The position numbers and the translations under genes were made by a program. From NCBI GenBank assembly GCA_013239625.1, contig MU053758.1:2666001-2730000 (forward strand): DNA of 64,000 bases, given 5' to 3'. Shown here one piece after another: positions 8,315 through 35,670 of this stretch (positions are counted from its first letter, which is position 1; the number at the start of each line of letters is the position of its first letter). This DNA is from Lama guanicoe. Lineage: Eukaryota. The notes under the pieces are model-generated. The model saw only the letters and a list, made by a program, of their open reading frames with translations, had not been told where the DNA came from and searched no databases.

Positions 8315-11300
8315 ATGAGTGTGTCCCCATTAATGTGTTGTGTGACCTTGGCAAAGTCACTTCTCTTGGGACTTGAGTTTTCTTCCCTGAAAAGTCACAG
8401 TGTTAGATGAAAATTTCTAGGGTTCCTTCTGACCCTAAGACTATGAAATACACTAAAAAGCGAAGAGGCCTTAACTGTTCCCTACTGTGGCTTGAACACA
8501 GCATTCTGCTCCCATAAATGAAGCTCTCCCCCCTGCCCAGCCCCGTGCCCACACCAGGCTGGAAATACTGCCCCTGCAGCATAAGGAGTGTGGCAGATGC
8601 CATGTCTCTTCTGGGCTCCTCAGATGTTTTGCTTGACAAGGGAACCGACTTTTAAGTAGTTAAGTAGTGGTTGAAAGGAGGTGAGGATCAGGGAGGCAGG
8701 AAGGAAGGGTGGGGTGCTTGGGAAGCCATCCAGGAAACATTTATATACCTTGCTGAGCACAAAGCACCCCACTGGTGCTGGGCTGCACTAGAACATCTTT
8801 GTCTGAGAATCTGGTGGTCTCGGAGTGTGGGAAAAAATGTACAACAGTAACTAATCCAGGGCAAGAAGAGGTCAGTGTCCTAGGAAGGCTTTGCCTGAGT
8901 TTTGTGGCAGGTCAGAGGGACTTCTGGCTGGGGAAATGAGGGCACACTTCACAGAGCAGGCAGCCCATGAACTGGGCCTTGAAATGAGTAGAAATTGGAC
9001 AAGCAAGACTGGGAGAATGGCATTACAGAAGCACACAGGTGAGAAATCTCAAAACCTATAGGGACTGTGAATAGCCGGTTTGACAGGAGCAGAAGAGGGA
9101 TGAGTGGAACAAAGGAGGGCCCGGGTCATGGGGACACAGGTGTCTGGTCAAGAAGATGGAACTATGCTGTAGGCACCAGGGAGACCCTGACGATGCTCTG
9201 ATATGTGTCTTGACTAATTTGACCAGACGAAGGAAGTGAGTCAGCGGATGAGGGACAGGGGTTTGGAGGAAGCAGGCAGACCAGGCAAGACTCTGTTCCA
9301 CTGCCCATCAGAGATGCAAAGTGAGCTGGGAAGAGCAGACAGAATGAAGGGGGAGGAACAGACGTGAGGCCTCTGGGGTGGCAAAATGGATGGACCTGGC
9401 AGCCAATCGCAGGGCTAGGGAGAGGGTTTTGTCAAAGCAACTCTGATGGAGATCTGATGCACAGCATGACCGTGTTAATAATTCTATATTATATAACCGG
9501 AAATTTGCTAACAGAGTAGATTTCGGGGAGGGGGAAGGTATAGCTCAGTGGTAGAGTGTGTGCTTAGTTAGCATACACGCGGTCCTGGGTTCAATCCCCA
9601 GTACTTCTATTTAAAAATAAATAAATAAATAAATCTAATTTCCCTTCCTGAAAAAAAAATTTTTTTTAAAAAGAGAGTCGATTTCAGATGAAGTGGTAAC
9701 TCCGTGAGGAGATGGGTATGTTAATTGGCTTGACTGCAGTAATCACTTCCCCATGTATATGTATATCAAAATATCACCTTGTACACCTTAAATATATACA
9801 ATTTTTATTTAAATAAATTAAATACATAAGAATCTTTTAAATGACTCTGGGATTTGACCCAAGTGGTGACCTTCATAGGAACGGGAAGACAGAATTTAGA
9901 ACCGAGTTTGGAGAGAAAGAGTGAAGCCACACATGTGGGTGGTGGTCAGCAATTTAAAGATTAAAACTGCAGGAAGGAGGTCAGGGGAGCTGTTGGAAGG
10001 AACTCAGACAGAAAACCAAGTATGGAATCTCAGAGAAGATAAAATTTTAGGGAACAAAAGAAAATGAAAGACCTAGAAAACTGAGATGCAGACAGAATGG
10101 ATAGGATTTAGAGCCAGAAAGACAGGAGCAGAACCTGGGAGGCAAACTGGTCAGAAGCCTGGCGAAAACAGCATTGCACAGAGGGTTTGCACAGACAGGT
10201 CCAAAGTCTTGCAGAGTTCAGGAAGGTCTCTGAGTTCAGTGGGGGGGGGGGGTCATTGTGATTTCAGTTGAGGAGTGGAAACAGAAGCCAACTTGTCAAG
10301 AATTTACAGGTGGGCAGTGAGGAAGTAAAGACCCTGGGTATGGACATATCTTTTGAAATACTTGCCACTGAAGTGAAGGAAAGAAACAGAATGGTAATTG
10401 GAGGGGGTAGCAAGACCAAAGGACGGGTTTATGTGTGTAAGCAAGTGGAGAGGAGGAACTGGTGTTAATCATAAGGGAATAGATAAGAGGTGGAGAGGAA
10501 GGACCGAGGAGAGATGAACAGGGAGGAGAGGGAGGAGAATGCAAGGGAGAAAGAAGCCACCACGAGGCCCTGTTCTGGGCCAGGTGCTATGCCTGAGAAA
10601 AATTCTTTTACGTTTGTTTTTTTAAATTTTTCCCCCTAAGGGAGGCACTGGGGATTGAACCCAGGATCTTGTGCACACCAAGTGCGAGCTCTACCACTGA
10701 GCTATACCCCCCTACCTCTTATTTTACTTGTTTGTTGTTGTTTGTTGTCGTTTTTACATGTCCATTTATTAAACAAGAACTCCTCCATGACAATTTAATA
10801 CAATATTTACTAGCATTTAATTTTGAGAAAAGTATTTCCCTCTACATACAAAAATACAGATTTGAACACTATAAAAACAATCAGGACAAGTACCATGAAA
10901 AATTAGTCCCTTAAAAGAAATAAAGGGGAGAAACTGAGGGCAGCATGAGGTTTTGTCTGCTGTCAGGAACAAACCAACAGGAGCAAAGGCTTTGGGTCCC
11001 CAAACCACTCCAAATGGATAGAGCCATACCTGAGAGCCAGTCCGAGCAGGATGGTACCCACCCCAGGGCATCTGTGTCCTCGGTTTCAGAAGCCAGGGTG
11101 GGAGCTCTGACCGACCAACAGTCTGTCTCTCAACAACCCTGGAGGTAGGTGTCATTACCCTCATTTTATAGATGAGGCAACCCAGACTCAGAGAAGCCGC
11201 CCTGACAGTAAGCGGGAGATCTGGGTTTCAACCTGAGTCTTACTCCAGAGTCTGCACGCTTTCCCTGACACCACCAGGCCTCGCTCCTGCGAATGACAGA

Positions 11301-14300
11301 AGGGAAGAGAAGGACAGGGCCCAGATGGGGAGAAGCTCTGGACGGTCTCCTGATGTTTCTCCTGCCACAGGAAGCTGATGGTAGACCACCCGTTCCTGAA
11401 GGAGATGCGAAGTGAAAGAATGAACCTGTATGTGGTGATGGAGGTGGTGGAGACTGTGCAGGAGGTCACCCTGGAGAGAGCCAGCAAGGCCGATGGCTGC
11501 TTCTCCCTCCCAATATTCGCCCCGTTGGGACTACAGGTTTGGTTCACACGCGCACACACACTTACATTCAGCGTACCCTCAGTGGCTGCATTGACTTTGC
11601 CCAATTAGTCCCTCTGCCCCAATACTGAAAAGGACCCACTCCTTCCCCCTGCTCTTCAACATCCAGACCCCAGTTGGCCAGAAACAAATCCTCTCTCTGG
11701 TCAGTGGTGTCCAGTAGGGCACAGTCCTATGCCAGGTGCCACGGGGAGCTATCAGGGAAGAGGAAACTCATAGTCGTGGATTCTCCCCTAGGGTGCTCCC
11801 GATCTACAGCAGAGACATCCTTTCTGTCAGAAGGTTCTCAGTCTCATGGGGGAGACACAGAGGTTAAAGACTAGAGAACACAGGCTTGGAAAACTCAGTG
11901 TAAATAAGTAATGCTCTACATGTTTGTATCTGTTTTGTATAAATGTTCAAAGGATGAGTGGGAACTAAGAGTAGGGATTAGTCATGGAAGGCTTCCTGGA
12001 GGAGGTGAGCATGGGACAGATGGCAAAGAGGAAGAAGGAACCAGGGCCTGGGTGGAAGCTCTAAAGTGGGACAGGGATACACAGGTAGGTGATGGAACAG
12101 CTCTGCCTAGTTCCTTCCTGTATCGGAACCAGGAAGTAAGAAACAGATTGTTAGAGGCATGATCAGCAGAAATGAGAAGAAGAAAGCTGCCACAGAAGCT
12201 CACTGTTCCAGGTGGAAAGGCAATCAGGGATACCACTGGTGTTCCCCACTTCTTATCTCCCCAAGGGCTCTGAGGCCTCACCCTCCACTTGCCCTGCCAA
12301 CACACACCCAATGTCTCATACTGAGCCTCTCTGTACATTCACAAATCCTTATGTCTAATTCTAGGGATCCATAAACCACAAGGAGGCTGTAACCATCCCC
12401 AAGGGCTGCATCCTGGCATTTCGAGTGAGACAGCTGATGGTCAAAGGCAAAGATGAGTGGGGTGAGCAGACACCGATGGTCCCCTGCTCAAGATGAGAAT
12501 TACCTGCACCACAGCTAAGGCATCCTGGTCCCCTCTTGTGGCAATGTCAGGGACTGAGTAAAGGAGTATGCTGTGGTCCAATTTCCAGGCACAGAGGGAC
12601 AGGGGCTGCTCTGGAGAGGGAGGGAGGAACTCCTGGTTCTGAGCATCTCAGGGTGCTAGGCACTGTGTTCACTGAGGAGAGGGAAGACAGAGATGAACAG
12701 GCACAGCCAATGCTCTCAAGAAGTCTGTGGCCAGTGGAGGAAACTGACACAGACACCAGTACTAGAACGCAAGGTAGAAAACAGTGTTATCATAGGAGAG
12801 GATTTACAGAAGAAGAAAAGATTACATCCAGCGACAGAGGTAGAGCTGGGGACCAGCTGAGGCATTTGAGGGCAGGTTCTCAGCCCTTAGCAGAGCCCAT
12901 GGGCTTGAGACTAGAGAAGGAAAGGTGGGGCAACTGTTGAGAGTCCTCCTGCTCTCCCCTCTCTTGCTTCTTTCAGATATTCCGTGTATCTACAATGATG
13001 ACATGCAAACCTTCCCTCTTGGAGGTAAGTGGAATTGCTTCCTGGCCCCCCACCTTTTCTGCCCAACCCCTGATGCTATGGGCTGAAATCCCTCCTGCTC
13101 TCATGGGGCACACCAGAATCCCCCAAGGAGCCCCCTGCTTTTGTTTCCCAAGTCTCTCAAAGCATCTATCCTCAACTTTAGGAAAGACAGATAGAAGCAT
13201 ATAAATATCCCCAAGAGAGACAGAAACAGAAAGACAGAGACCAGAAGGCACCATCAGAAGCAGATATAAGACTTGAAGGCAGTGTCTGTTCCCAAATTGC
13301 GGGGGCAGATGCGCTAACATCATCTCTTTGTGTTTTTATAATGATCACTGATAAAGCTGCCTTGACAACTGCTCTAGATTAAAAAGGCACAAAGACGTTT
13401 TATGCTGACATATGTACATTGTTTCTGTCTTCAGAAAAGCCAGAAGAGGAGAAGTTCACCCGTAAGTGTTTCCTGTCATTTCGCCGCAACTTCCTTCACA
13501 GAATTCTAAAACTCCAGTCTTTTTCTTCCATTCTCTCTGGGACTGATGAGGAACGTGGCAGGGCAAGTTTCAACAAACTATTGTCTCTGAAATGTGGCAG
13601 GAATTCTAATGTCTCAGGAAAAAAACAGGGGAAGGGGGAAGTCCTTGGACAACATGCCCAGGCGGTCTCATGCCTCCGACCACTGTCCTCAAGGGCCTTA
13701 GTAATTAATACCTGTTACATCACGTCTGCAACTCAGCCACCCATGGCCCGGGGCCGGAGCCGCTGAGTCAACAGTGATGCCAAATCAATCCAGGTGCCCT
13801 GGTTAACAATGCATTAGCTTCTCAGCTGTCTCATTCCTGCCTCTCACGAATGGAGCAACCGTATCCTTAAAATGGCTGGGATATCCCAGCAGACGGGATG
13901 TATTTCCTAACCTCCATTAATGTCTCATCCCCTGGGTATGGCTACTGTTTTGGAGGATTGCATCCTAATTGGTTTTTTTTTTTTCCCTCAGTTATCCAGG
14001 CATCTGATGTTGGTAAGGAACTTTGTGTTTCTCCCTAGACTTTGGCAGGAAGGCAGTGGAAGTAGCTTTGGAGTGAAGGGAGGGGAAGACAGGTGCTAAG
14101 TCCTAGACGCTGGCAGCTGGAGCCACTTCCAGGAAGCCACTCTCTCTAAAGCAGGCTAGACGTATTCTTAGGATGAGGCCCCTAGAGGGGCAGGTGGAGG
14201 TTCAAGCTATCCCTGATCCACCCACATCCCTGGATTGAGACCCACTGCTCTTTCCTGTCCCAGTTTTTGCTCAGTCATCACAATCACTTCTTTGTCAATA

Positions 14301-17057
14301 ACTTTAGGGAAGGGAAATAGAAATTCCTTCTCAACTCTTAGCTGGAGTCTTAGAGAAAGGGAGGTCAATTATCTACTGATCTGGGATGGATGGAGCCTAG
14401 GGTCTCAGGGAGAATGAACTGCTGGCTTAGATGATGTGGGTCCTGGCCCAGCCCCTCGCCCCCACATCCCCCACCACCCAAAGCCTCAAGTCAAGGCTGG
14501 TGGATAACTACATGAACTGCATTCTTTGGTCCAGCAAAAAGAGAGACCAGGCTCCAGCCGAGAGCAGAGCCCAGGGGCCTGAGCAGGGTTGGATGAAGGA
14601 GACCCTCAGGGAGAGGGCTGCCTGAACTGATGGGGATGGTGCCACATCTACTGTCCCCACAGGGGAGGCACTCAAGGACTTCAGAACACTAAAAGAAGAG
14701 GTTCAAAGAAAGACCCATGAAGTGGAGAAGCTGAGCCCAGTGGGGAAGAGCTCCCTGCTCTGCTCACTCAGCAAACTCCTAGGGAAGAAAAAGGAGCTGG
14801 AAGACCTGGAGTTCACAGTGAGGACCCAGCGGAAGGGGGGAGGTGCAGGAGAAGGAAGGCTTTTGGTGGAGGTGCATGTGGGTGGCACAGCTGGTAGGGG
14901 ATCTGACAGATTTGGCAGAAGGTGGTTAGTGGCCAGGAGCACTGATAGCGGATGCCTTCCCCAAGGCTGGCCAAACGCCCCCCAGGCTGCCAGACCACCT
15001 GGGACCTGGGTCCCTCTGAAGAAGGGACACAGTGCCGATTCCATGCTCCTTTCCAGAGTCCAAGGCTCAGGGACCAAGGAAGGAACCCAAGAGTCCAATA
15101 CTTTGGGAGATTTGATACCTTGAAAAAGAAACAAGGAAATGGAGACAATTAACACATCTCAAGGCATTGTTAGTTGCCAGGCACTGTGCCCTTTACCTTT
15201 ATCTTAAATAGTCACCCGCCTTTCCCTACAGCTGGAAGGGGCTCTAGACAGAGGACATGAAGTGACCCTGGAGGCACTCCCAAAAGATGTCCTACTATCA
15301 AAGGAGGCTACAGGTGCCATCCTCTATTTCCTTGGAGCCCTAACAGGTGAGTGGGGAGTGAGGTCTTCATTTACATACCTTTTCAGCGGGAGGAATGAGT
15401 CACTAAATGAATTCCTGAATGAATGAATGAATGAATGAGTAAATGAATAAATGCCAGGCAAATTATACCACAGTTAATTAAATTATATCTACACTTTTAA
15501 AAATTGGTTTCATTCCTAAGGGTCCATTTGGTCACCTTAGCCTACTCTTGCTAACAGAGATTGGCAAATCACCCTAGTTTTATCAGCCATATATTTAAAA
15601 CTTCTGAATATAGTTAAGCTCATCACTTTTATATTGATATCTGTTAGCTTTAATTTGAGGGTAACATCTTCTCATCTGACCCCTGAATTCTCTTCTTCCC
15701 TCTGCAAGAAACACTCCCCAACTTCTAAAAATTCTCTGGTCCTTCAGGTGTAAACTGAGGTGTTTGTTCCCTAAGAAGCTGGCCCTCAAACCACCAAGAC
15801 CAAAGTTAGACCCCTCAGCTATGGCTCCCGTAACAGCCTGTATTGTAATTACTCGTTACACTCTGTCTTCTCCGCTAGACTGCAAGCTCGAGTGAAGAGA
15901 GGACCACTTTTACCCAACAGCCCCAGCAAAGGTGCCTGGCATAGAGCAAGCATTCAACCATGGATGCTGTATGAATCAATTAATCCCGAAGGACACCCAT
16001 TCATTAATTAATTAATGCTGGAAGGGCACTCATTTGGAGCCTGTAGTCCCCTTTGCACCAACACCACACATCTCTCTCTCTGCTTTTTCCTCCAGAGCTA
16101 AGTGAAGCCCAACAGAAGTTGCTGGCAATATCCATGGAGAAGAAGATCCTACCCGTGCAACTAAAGCTGGTGAGAAAACACCACCAGGTGTGACAGAGAG
16201 TTTGGGTGGGAGTCAGCTAGAAACAGAGGAAAGATCCAGTTTAACTTCATGACAGAACCTTCCTAGAGGGCCTCTGTCTTATCCTAGGAGCTCCTGCTCC
16301 CTTCCCTTTTCTTTCCATGTTTCTTCCTGTTTGCTAGCTCACAACTAGAAGTCAAGAATGCATTTCTGAGCAATTTCCTGGCTTTTCCCACCTGATTTTG
16401 GGAGAAGGGACAGAAAACTCTGGTGATGTGAACAAATCTTAATGTCTCTGAGTCAGCCTCAATTGATTCCTCTATAAAATGGAGCTAAAAATAAACATGC
16501 TGGGGGGAGGGTATAGTTCAAGTGGTAGAGCACATGCTTAGCATGCACAAGGTCCTGGGCTCAATCCCCAGCATCTCCTCTAAAAATAAATAAATAAAAA
16601 ATCTAATAACCCCTCCCCCAACAAACAAACAACGTGCTGCTGCCCACTGTATGAAAAGGTTATGAAAAAAGCTCAGACAGAGGTGTAATGAAATGTAAGA
16701 AAAGGGGTTACAAGTAAAGAAAGGTAGTGCTCTTTGTGTTTTTTATGAGTTAAGAGAAAGGAGTAGAGGTTGCCAGCTCTTTCTTTCTTTTCATGTTACT
16801 TCGGTTTCCTCCAGGTGGAGAGCACAATGGAACAGAATTTCCTACTGGATAATGAAGGTGTTTTCCCCCTGCAGTCTGAGTTGCTTTCCTCCCTTGGGGA
16901 AGAGGAACTGACCCTCACAGAGGCCCTAGTAGGGCTGAGTGGCCTGGAAGTGCAGAGATCGGGCCCCCTCTACATGTGGGACCCAGACACCCTCCCCCAC
17001 CTCTGTGCCCTTTACGCTGGTCTCACCTTCCTGCAGCTACTGACCAAGGCCTCCTAA
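7491..17057 (+). CDS. GSDMA: Gasdermin-A, 446 aa, 11 coding exons
   Basis: join(7491-7704,7869-8049,11371-11536,12365-12461,12977-13024,13435-13461,13992-14012,14663-14817,15232-15346,16096-16169,16815-17057) = 1341 nt, all GT-AG, phases consistent; MTMFENVTRALVRQLNPRGDLTPLDSLIDFKRF...LCALYAGLTFLQLLTKAS*. Confidence 0.97.
8281..8310. repeat. (CA)15 microsatellite
   Basis: Perfect AC run in GSDMA intron 3. Confidence 0.9.
9445..9815 (+). mobile_element. Old LINE-1 3' fragment interrupted by a SINE
   Basis: gagatctgatgcacagcatgac...aaatttgctaacagagtagattt / ...atatcaaaatatcaccttgtacaccttaaatatatacaattttt. Confidence 0.7.
9525..9673 (+). mobile_element. tRNA-derived SINE (camelid Vic-1-like) with TSD
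   Basis: A box tagctcagtgg, B box ggttcaatccc, (aaat)n tail; TSD agagtagatttc 9513-9524 / agagtcgatttc 9674-9685. Confidence 0.85.
10612..10712 (-). mobile_element. tRNA-derived SINE (Vic-1-like)
   Basis: gggattgaacccagg...ctctaccactgagctatacccc is the reverse complement of the SINE head. Confidence 0.8.
15410..15452. repeat. (GAAT)n simple repeat
   Basis: gaatgaatgaatgaatgaatgagt run. Confidence 0.75.
16502..16630 (+). mobile_element. tRNA-derived SINE (Vic-1-like)
   Basis: ggggggagggtatagttcaagtggtagagcacatgcttagcatgcacaaggtcctgggctcaatcccc plus A-rich tail. Confidence 0.85.
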
Positions 17058-17421
17058 CTTGCCATTTCCATCCACTTCCTGCTTCCCTAATGCCTTCCCT
17101 ACCCCCTAATGCCCTGTCCTGACGCCCAAGGTCATTTCAAAGCCACCAGGCTGAAGATAATGGACACCCTAGTTGATCATCCAAGTTAACCAATTTCCAC
17201 TTCTCCAACTCTGTAACTACCCTCTGCCGCCCCTATGACTGCCACCCATCCATTGATGCTTAAGTCCTCTAAAAGTAGAAACACTCAAACTTTTGAAAAC
17301 TATGAACCATTTCAGCAAAACCTAATTAATTAATTAATTCCCTATCCCAACCCCTCCCACTCATGATCCCAAAATCAAGCTTTCCTGGAATTCATGAAAA
17401 GTGTTATTTCACTTTGGAACA

Positions 17422-17427
17422 AATAAA
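17422..17427 (+). terminator. GSDMA: Probable GSDMA polyadenylation signal
   Basis: AATAAA about 365 nt after the stop, followed by a T/GT-rich tract. Confidence 0.65.
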
Positions 17428-19319
17428 TATCTTCTGGTGTCTTTCTTTCAAAATCCATTGTAAGGAAATTCTTGTGCCAGAAAAAAAAAAAAAGACATTG
17501 TCATACTACATGTAGATTATATGTAAATGAAAACTATTACGCTGCCCTCAGGCGAGATGGAAAATGCTCAAGGACGAACTAGCTGGGTGGAGAATGTGGA
17601 CTCTATAGATTCTAGAGTCAGAAGATCATTTCAAAGCAGCGTATCTTCAAAGAGGAGCGTTTGGGATCCTCTGGACTTGAGTTGAGAGACTGGGAAAGGC
17701 ACAGACCTAGAGATATGTAGTATCAACCCAAAATGAGAGTAAGACAACTTTTCAGTTTACAGAATAGAAAATGCAGATAAGTCAAAAAATGGTACCCAAG
17801 AATAAGACTGGCCCAAACTTTAAAAAAGAAAATGTAATATTATCTTATTTCACCTTTCCTCCTGCCCTCAATTAAGGGTGGTTGTGGGAGGAAGTGATGT
17901 GGGTAATCTTGGCACATGAACTAGCTAACATAGATTTTCAGTCTCATAAAACTTCTGGGTTCATACCAGCCTCCTCTTCTAAAGCTGGGTTTTAACATCT
18001 TCCACCAATTTCTTTTAAAATAGTTTCATGGGTAGAATAATTCCTCCAAGGCTTTTGGCTCCAGAAGTCAGACTCTTCCCTTCTTAGCCAACCCCTGCCC
18101 AGGCTGGTTCCCTCACTCACCAAGAATTCATGACCAACTGCCAAAAGCTTAAGCCATCCTCCCCCATTCTGGAGCATCTTCCAAGGCCTCACTACATTGC
18201 TCAAGGACAAACTGAGTAGTTATCTGCTGACTTGACTGTTTTTCCCTTGTGATGTAAACTTAATAAAGAGGTGAGCTAACAATCCTAACTATCCAGAAGG
18301 GTAACTTCATAAAGATGAACAACAAAGCTCGTCTGTTTTCTTCTTTCACCATTCTCACCCACCTTCAGTTACAGACACGATGTTATAAAGAAGAGACGTT
18401 AATGAGTTTATTCCAGTGATGATTTAGAAGTCCTGTTATCCATCCTACAGCCATCGGGGGCCAGAGGGACAGTTAGGGAGGAAGTGGTCAAGGCATTTTT
18501 CCCTAAAACTGGAGCACCCATTTTTCCATTTAACAAATGGCTGTTTAGTGTAAGGAGCTATTCACTGCAATAGTATAAAGGGGAGATACAAAGAATATCC
18601 TCTCTTTAAATAAATATAAGGGAGGATATGGTCAAAACATTCTCTGCCCTCTAGGACCTTACAACAGGGTTAAATAGTCTTGTAGGGACTGACCTGGTCT
18701 AAAACTCAGGACTTCCATTTATGGAAGAGATAAAAGTTCCAAGACAGGCAGGGAGATTTTTGTTTTGTGTCTTAAGAAATTGGAACCTGTATCCCCCTGC
18801 AGAATCACTGGAGGATTCCTTTGAAAAATAAGTAGAACAGGGTTTCAGGTCCAATTTATTTTCCCTGGGGGATTCTTAAGCGCTCCCTAGGTACACTATT
18901 ATTATGTTCCCCATTTCACTACAGTGTCTGTCTGGATGCACAAAGGCGCCTCAACGGACCTTCTGAAGCTTCTGCCATTAGTGTCTTCCACCCTCTTTCC
19001 TCTGGCCTCACCATACACAACTGCCCAGAGCACTGCGTCCAGCAGACTACATTCTGGAGCTGTTTTTTAACCACACCGCCCCCTGAATGTGCTAACCCTG
19101 GGCCTCTTATTGAGTACTTTATTAAACTGGAGTGACTGTACACAAATGCACTCTCCCCTCATCCGCACTCCCAGGTTGCAGAGATATTACACCTTCTTTT
19201 CAGCACTAGCTAAAATCTGACAAGGAAGTATGAATCCCGTAGGGTTCTTCCTAGTCTCCAGTTCGACTTTATTTTAAGCCCAGAGGCCTAGCTCCACATC
19301 GCTTCACAGCTTCTTTTCT

Positions 19320-32614
<13,295 letters not shown>

Positions 32615-32980
32615 GCTGGGGGGCTGGGGAGGGGTGGGGTGAGTGGGGACTGGCTCTTCATCTTTCCCCCTTGGGGGTCCCCTGCCCGGGGAACTGCCCC
32701 TTTTCCCACACACATGTCACACAGACTGCAACTGTGCAGAGGGTGAGGGGTGCAGGGAGTCAGTCACCCCCACCTCGCCCCAGGGCCCCTCCCCGGCCGG
32801 TGACTTAGCACACGTGGGCAGGAGGCGGGGGGCGGCTTCCCCAGGGCAGGGTCCTGGCTGGTGGTGTGGGCGGCAGGATGGGAGGGAATGGCCCTGTGCT
32901 CTCCTCCCGGGAGTGGGGGCTGCAACTGGGACATGGGTTGGGTTGTATGTTTTTTGAAGCTTCAATTATGATTTTTAAAC

Positions 32981-32986
32981 AATAAA
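32981..32986 (+). terminator. PSMD3: PSMD3 polyadenylation signal
   Basis: AATAAA about 365 nt after the stop. Confidence 0.75.
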
Positions 32987-35424
32987 AAGTTCTCCAAAGC
33001 TCTTTGTGCATCAGCTAATTACAATATTTGTCTCACCCCTGCACTATTAACAGGCCCAGATTTTGTTTCTGGTCTTGAAGTACTAACCCCAGGCCTGATC
33101 TGAGGACCCTCTGCAGCTATAGATGAGGAGGAAGCCAAGGGCGCGATGAAAAGACTGATCTGGGATCAGAAGGGCCTGGGTTTGCTCTTTCATATCTAAC
33201 TGGCTCTCAAGTCATTGGGCAACTCTGAACCGCTCAGGCTTCTTTCCCATATCTGTCAAATAAATGACTAGACTCAGTGACCTCCTGACTCTGAAATTAG
33301 GAATCTAGGCTTCCAGAGGATCAAAGAAAAGGCGAGAGTCTGACCCTCAGGGGAGGTTCACAGAGGGGAAGGGTCTCGGATGAGGCCACAGCAGGTGGAG
33401 AGCAGGGTTCTGCCCAGTTGGCCCTAACGGAATGGGGGATGGGCTCCTCCCTGATAGCAGAGTTGGAGTCAGGCAGGTGGGGGCTCCCTGTGGCCCTCAG
33501 CCCACCTCTTCTCCGGCTGCGTTTGGTGGGAAAATGTGCCAGGATCTCAAAGTCTCCCAGCCGCTGGCAGCGGTGCTCCCTGTGTTGGGTCGTTTGAATC
33601 ATTCACATTCTCTGGCACCTGGGACGGTGCTGTACGCGTGCTCTTTGTTCCTGCCGGCCTCTGTGTTCTCTGCACAATGCCTGTGGGTTTCTCCCTCTCC
33701 TCTCCCTCTCCACCTCGCTGATTTCCGCACATCCCCCAGGCGTCCTGTCTCACAGTGATTCACCTTCCTGGCTCCTGAACCACTCACTTGAATTGAGTTC
33801 TCTTAGGAGGTAGTTGGTGTGAAAGCTTTATCTTCCTAATTAGATGGTAACTTCTTAAAGAGCATGGGGCATTTCTGTCCTCCCAGCACCTTGACAGATG
33901 CCTGGCGCACAAGAGTTCAATGAAGTCTTGTTAGGGGAGTCATGCCATGTGTTCATCCATCACCAGCTGCAGCTTTTCATATCCCAATATCCCTAGTTTC
34001 CACTAAAGGGATGTTCTAGACTGGCCTTGCTTTGGTTCCTGATTCCCACCCCAGCCTCGGTCACAGTGATTTGGCATTGCTGGCTTTAAGCTTCTGCCAT
34101 CTCCCCAGGTAATGAAACTCTTAATGTTTGCTTTGTGAAATGGGACTTTTTCCCCTCAAATTCCCCCCTTGATCTTTGTGGAAGATGTTTGTATTCCAGC
34201 ATCCAAACTTTTCATCTTTTTTAAGGATTCCACTCTTTCCCCTATTTTACAGGTCAATTCAAAAAATCTAACACGGAGATCTTTAATTCCCTTCCAGGAA
34301 GGATGGGGACTAACAGTGAGCACCCATTCCATGCCCTTCCAGGGTGCGAGCACAGGCTTAGATGGGAAGTGAGCCCTGGCCTATGTGATACCAAGTTCAG
34401 GTCACGTTCTGCTGGCCTGTGCAGCCTTCTCCCAGCCTCAGTCTGTGGCTCTGCTATCTGGTTAGTTGGTGTCTGTCCCTTCATGACTGTTCTTCTAGCC
34501 CTTGACCACTCTACCTGACTTCTAAACCAACTTTCTTTTCCAGTGTGTAATAATTAGTTGTAATCAATATTACTGCCAATGACAAATCTTAAAGTCAGCA
34601 TCTAGCCCAAAGTGCCTCAGACCCTTCCTTGGTTGGTAATGAACTGGAGAGTGTATCACCCTCTTACACAGAATTGGGGTCATTTGCTGTGGTTTCCTGG
34701 TCCTCACCCACCTTGAGTCCATGGACCAGTTTTCTGTCTGCTCATTGGAAGTTTCTCATAGTTCATCCCCACTGGCTTGGCTTTCCTTTCTTGGAAAAAT
34801 TCAGTGTCATTTTCATGCTTGGAGGGTTCACTGTCATCTCTACCTCCCCGTTTATTTTTTAATTAGAAAACTACAGAGAAGTACAAAGAGTGAAAAACAC
34901 CCAAGTCCTTCCCACCCAAGTTTAATAAATGTCAACATTTGTTATCTTGTCAAGTTTGTTCATCCAAGAGAAAACATGGCAGGTAAGATGGAAGCCCATC
35001 TGGCTTCTTTCCCAGGCCCCTTCCCACCTGCCCTAGAGGCAGCCACTCTGAAGAAGTGAGCAGGGAGCCTTCCAATTTATGTTTTTATACTTTTACTACA
35101 AAACATAGTGTTGTTTTGAGTTTTTAAATCTTTGTAAATGATGTATCCCGTGAATGTAAGTTGCTCCTTTCTCTCAATGCTGGTTTTGAGATCCAATCAT
35201 GTTGACACCCAATGCCCAGCACTACTCTAGGGACTGAGAATACAGCTGAATAGAACAAAATCCTTTCCTCATGGGTTCTTCATTCTGGAGGGATGGGGAG
35301 GCCCATGTGGTAGGAATGGGCCACAATTCATTTATTTATTAATTTACTGGTGGGCATTGGTTTACTGTTACAAACACTGCTGCAGAGGATACCTCTGTGT
35401 CTCCTTGTACATGTGTCCCGTGTA

Positions 35425-35670
35425 CACAGTTTGCAAACTTGAAGGGCCAGACAGTACACTTCTTTGTCCTGTGAACCATATGGTCCATCACAGCTACTCA
35501 TGTCTGCCCTTCTTGAAAGGGGCCTTACAGAAATAATATGTGAATGAATTATTTATGAACGCTGGGGTTTGAATTTCATGATTTTTACATGTTATAAATT
35601 ATACTTTTGATTTTTTTCCAACCATTTAAAAATGTAAAACCTACTCTTAACTCAGGCTGTATGTATCCCA
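35425..35670 (+). mobile_element. hAT-Charlie (MER58-like) DNA transposon relic
   Basis: gcaaacttgaagggccagacagta...tttgaatttcatg...caaccatttaaaaatgtaaaac motifs. Confidence 0.55.

Noticed and set aside
9525..9605. tRNA-like A/B boxes (also at the other SINE copies)
   Set aside because: They carry A-rich tails and TSDs and lack a full cloverleaf; SINEs, not tRNA genes.
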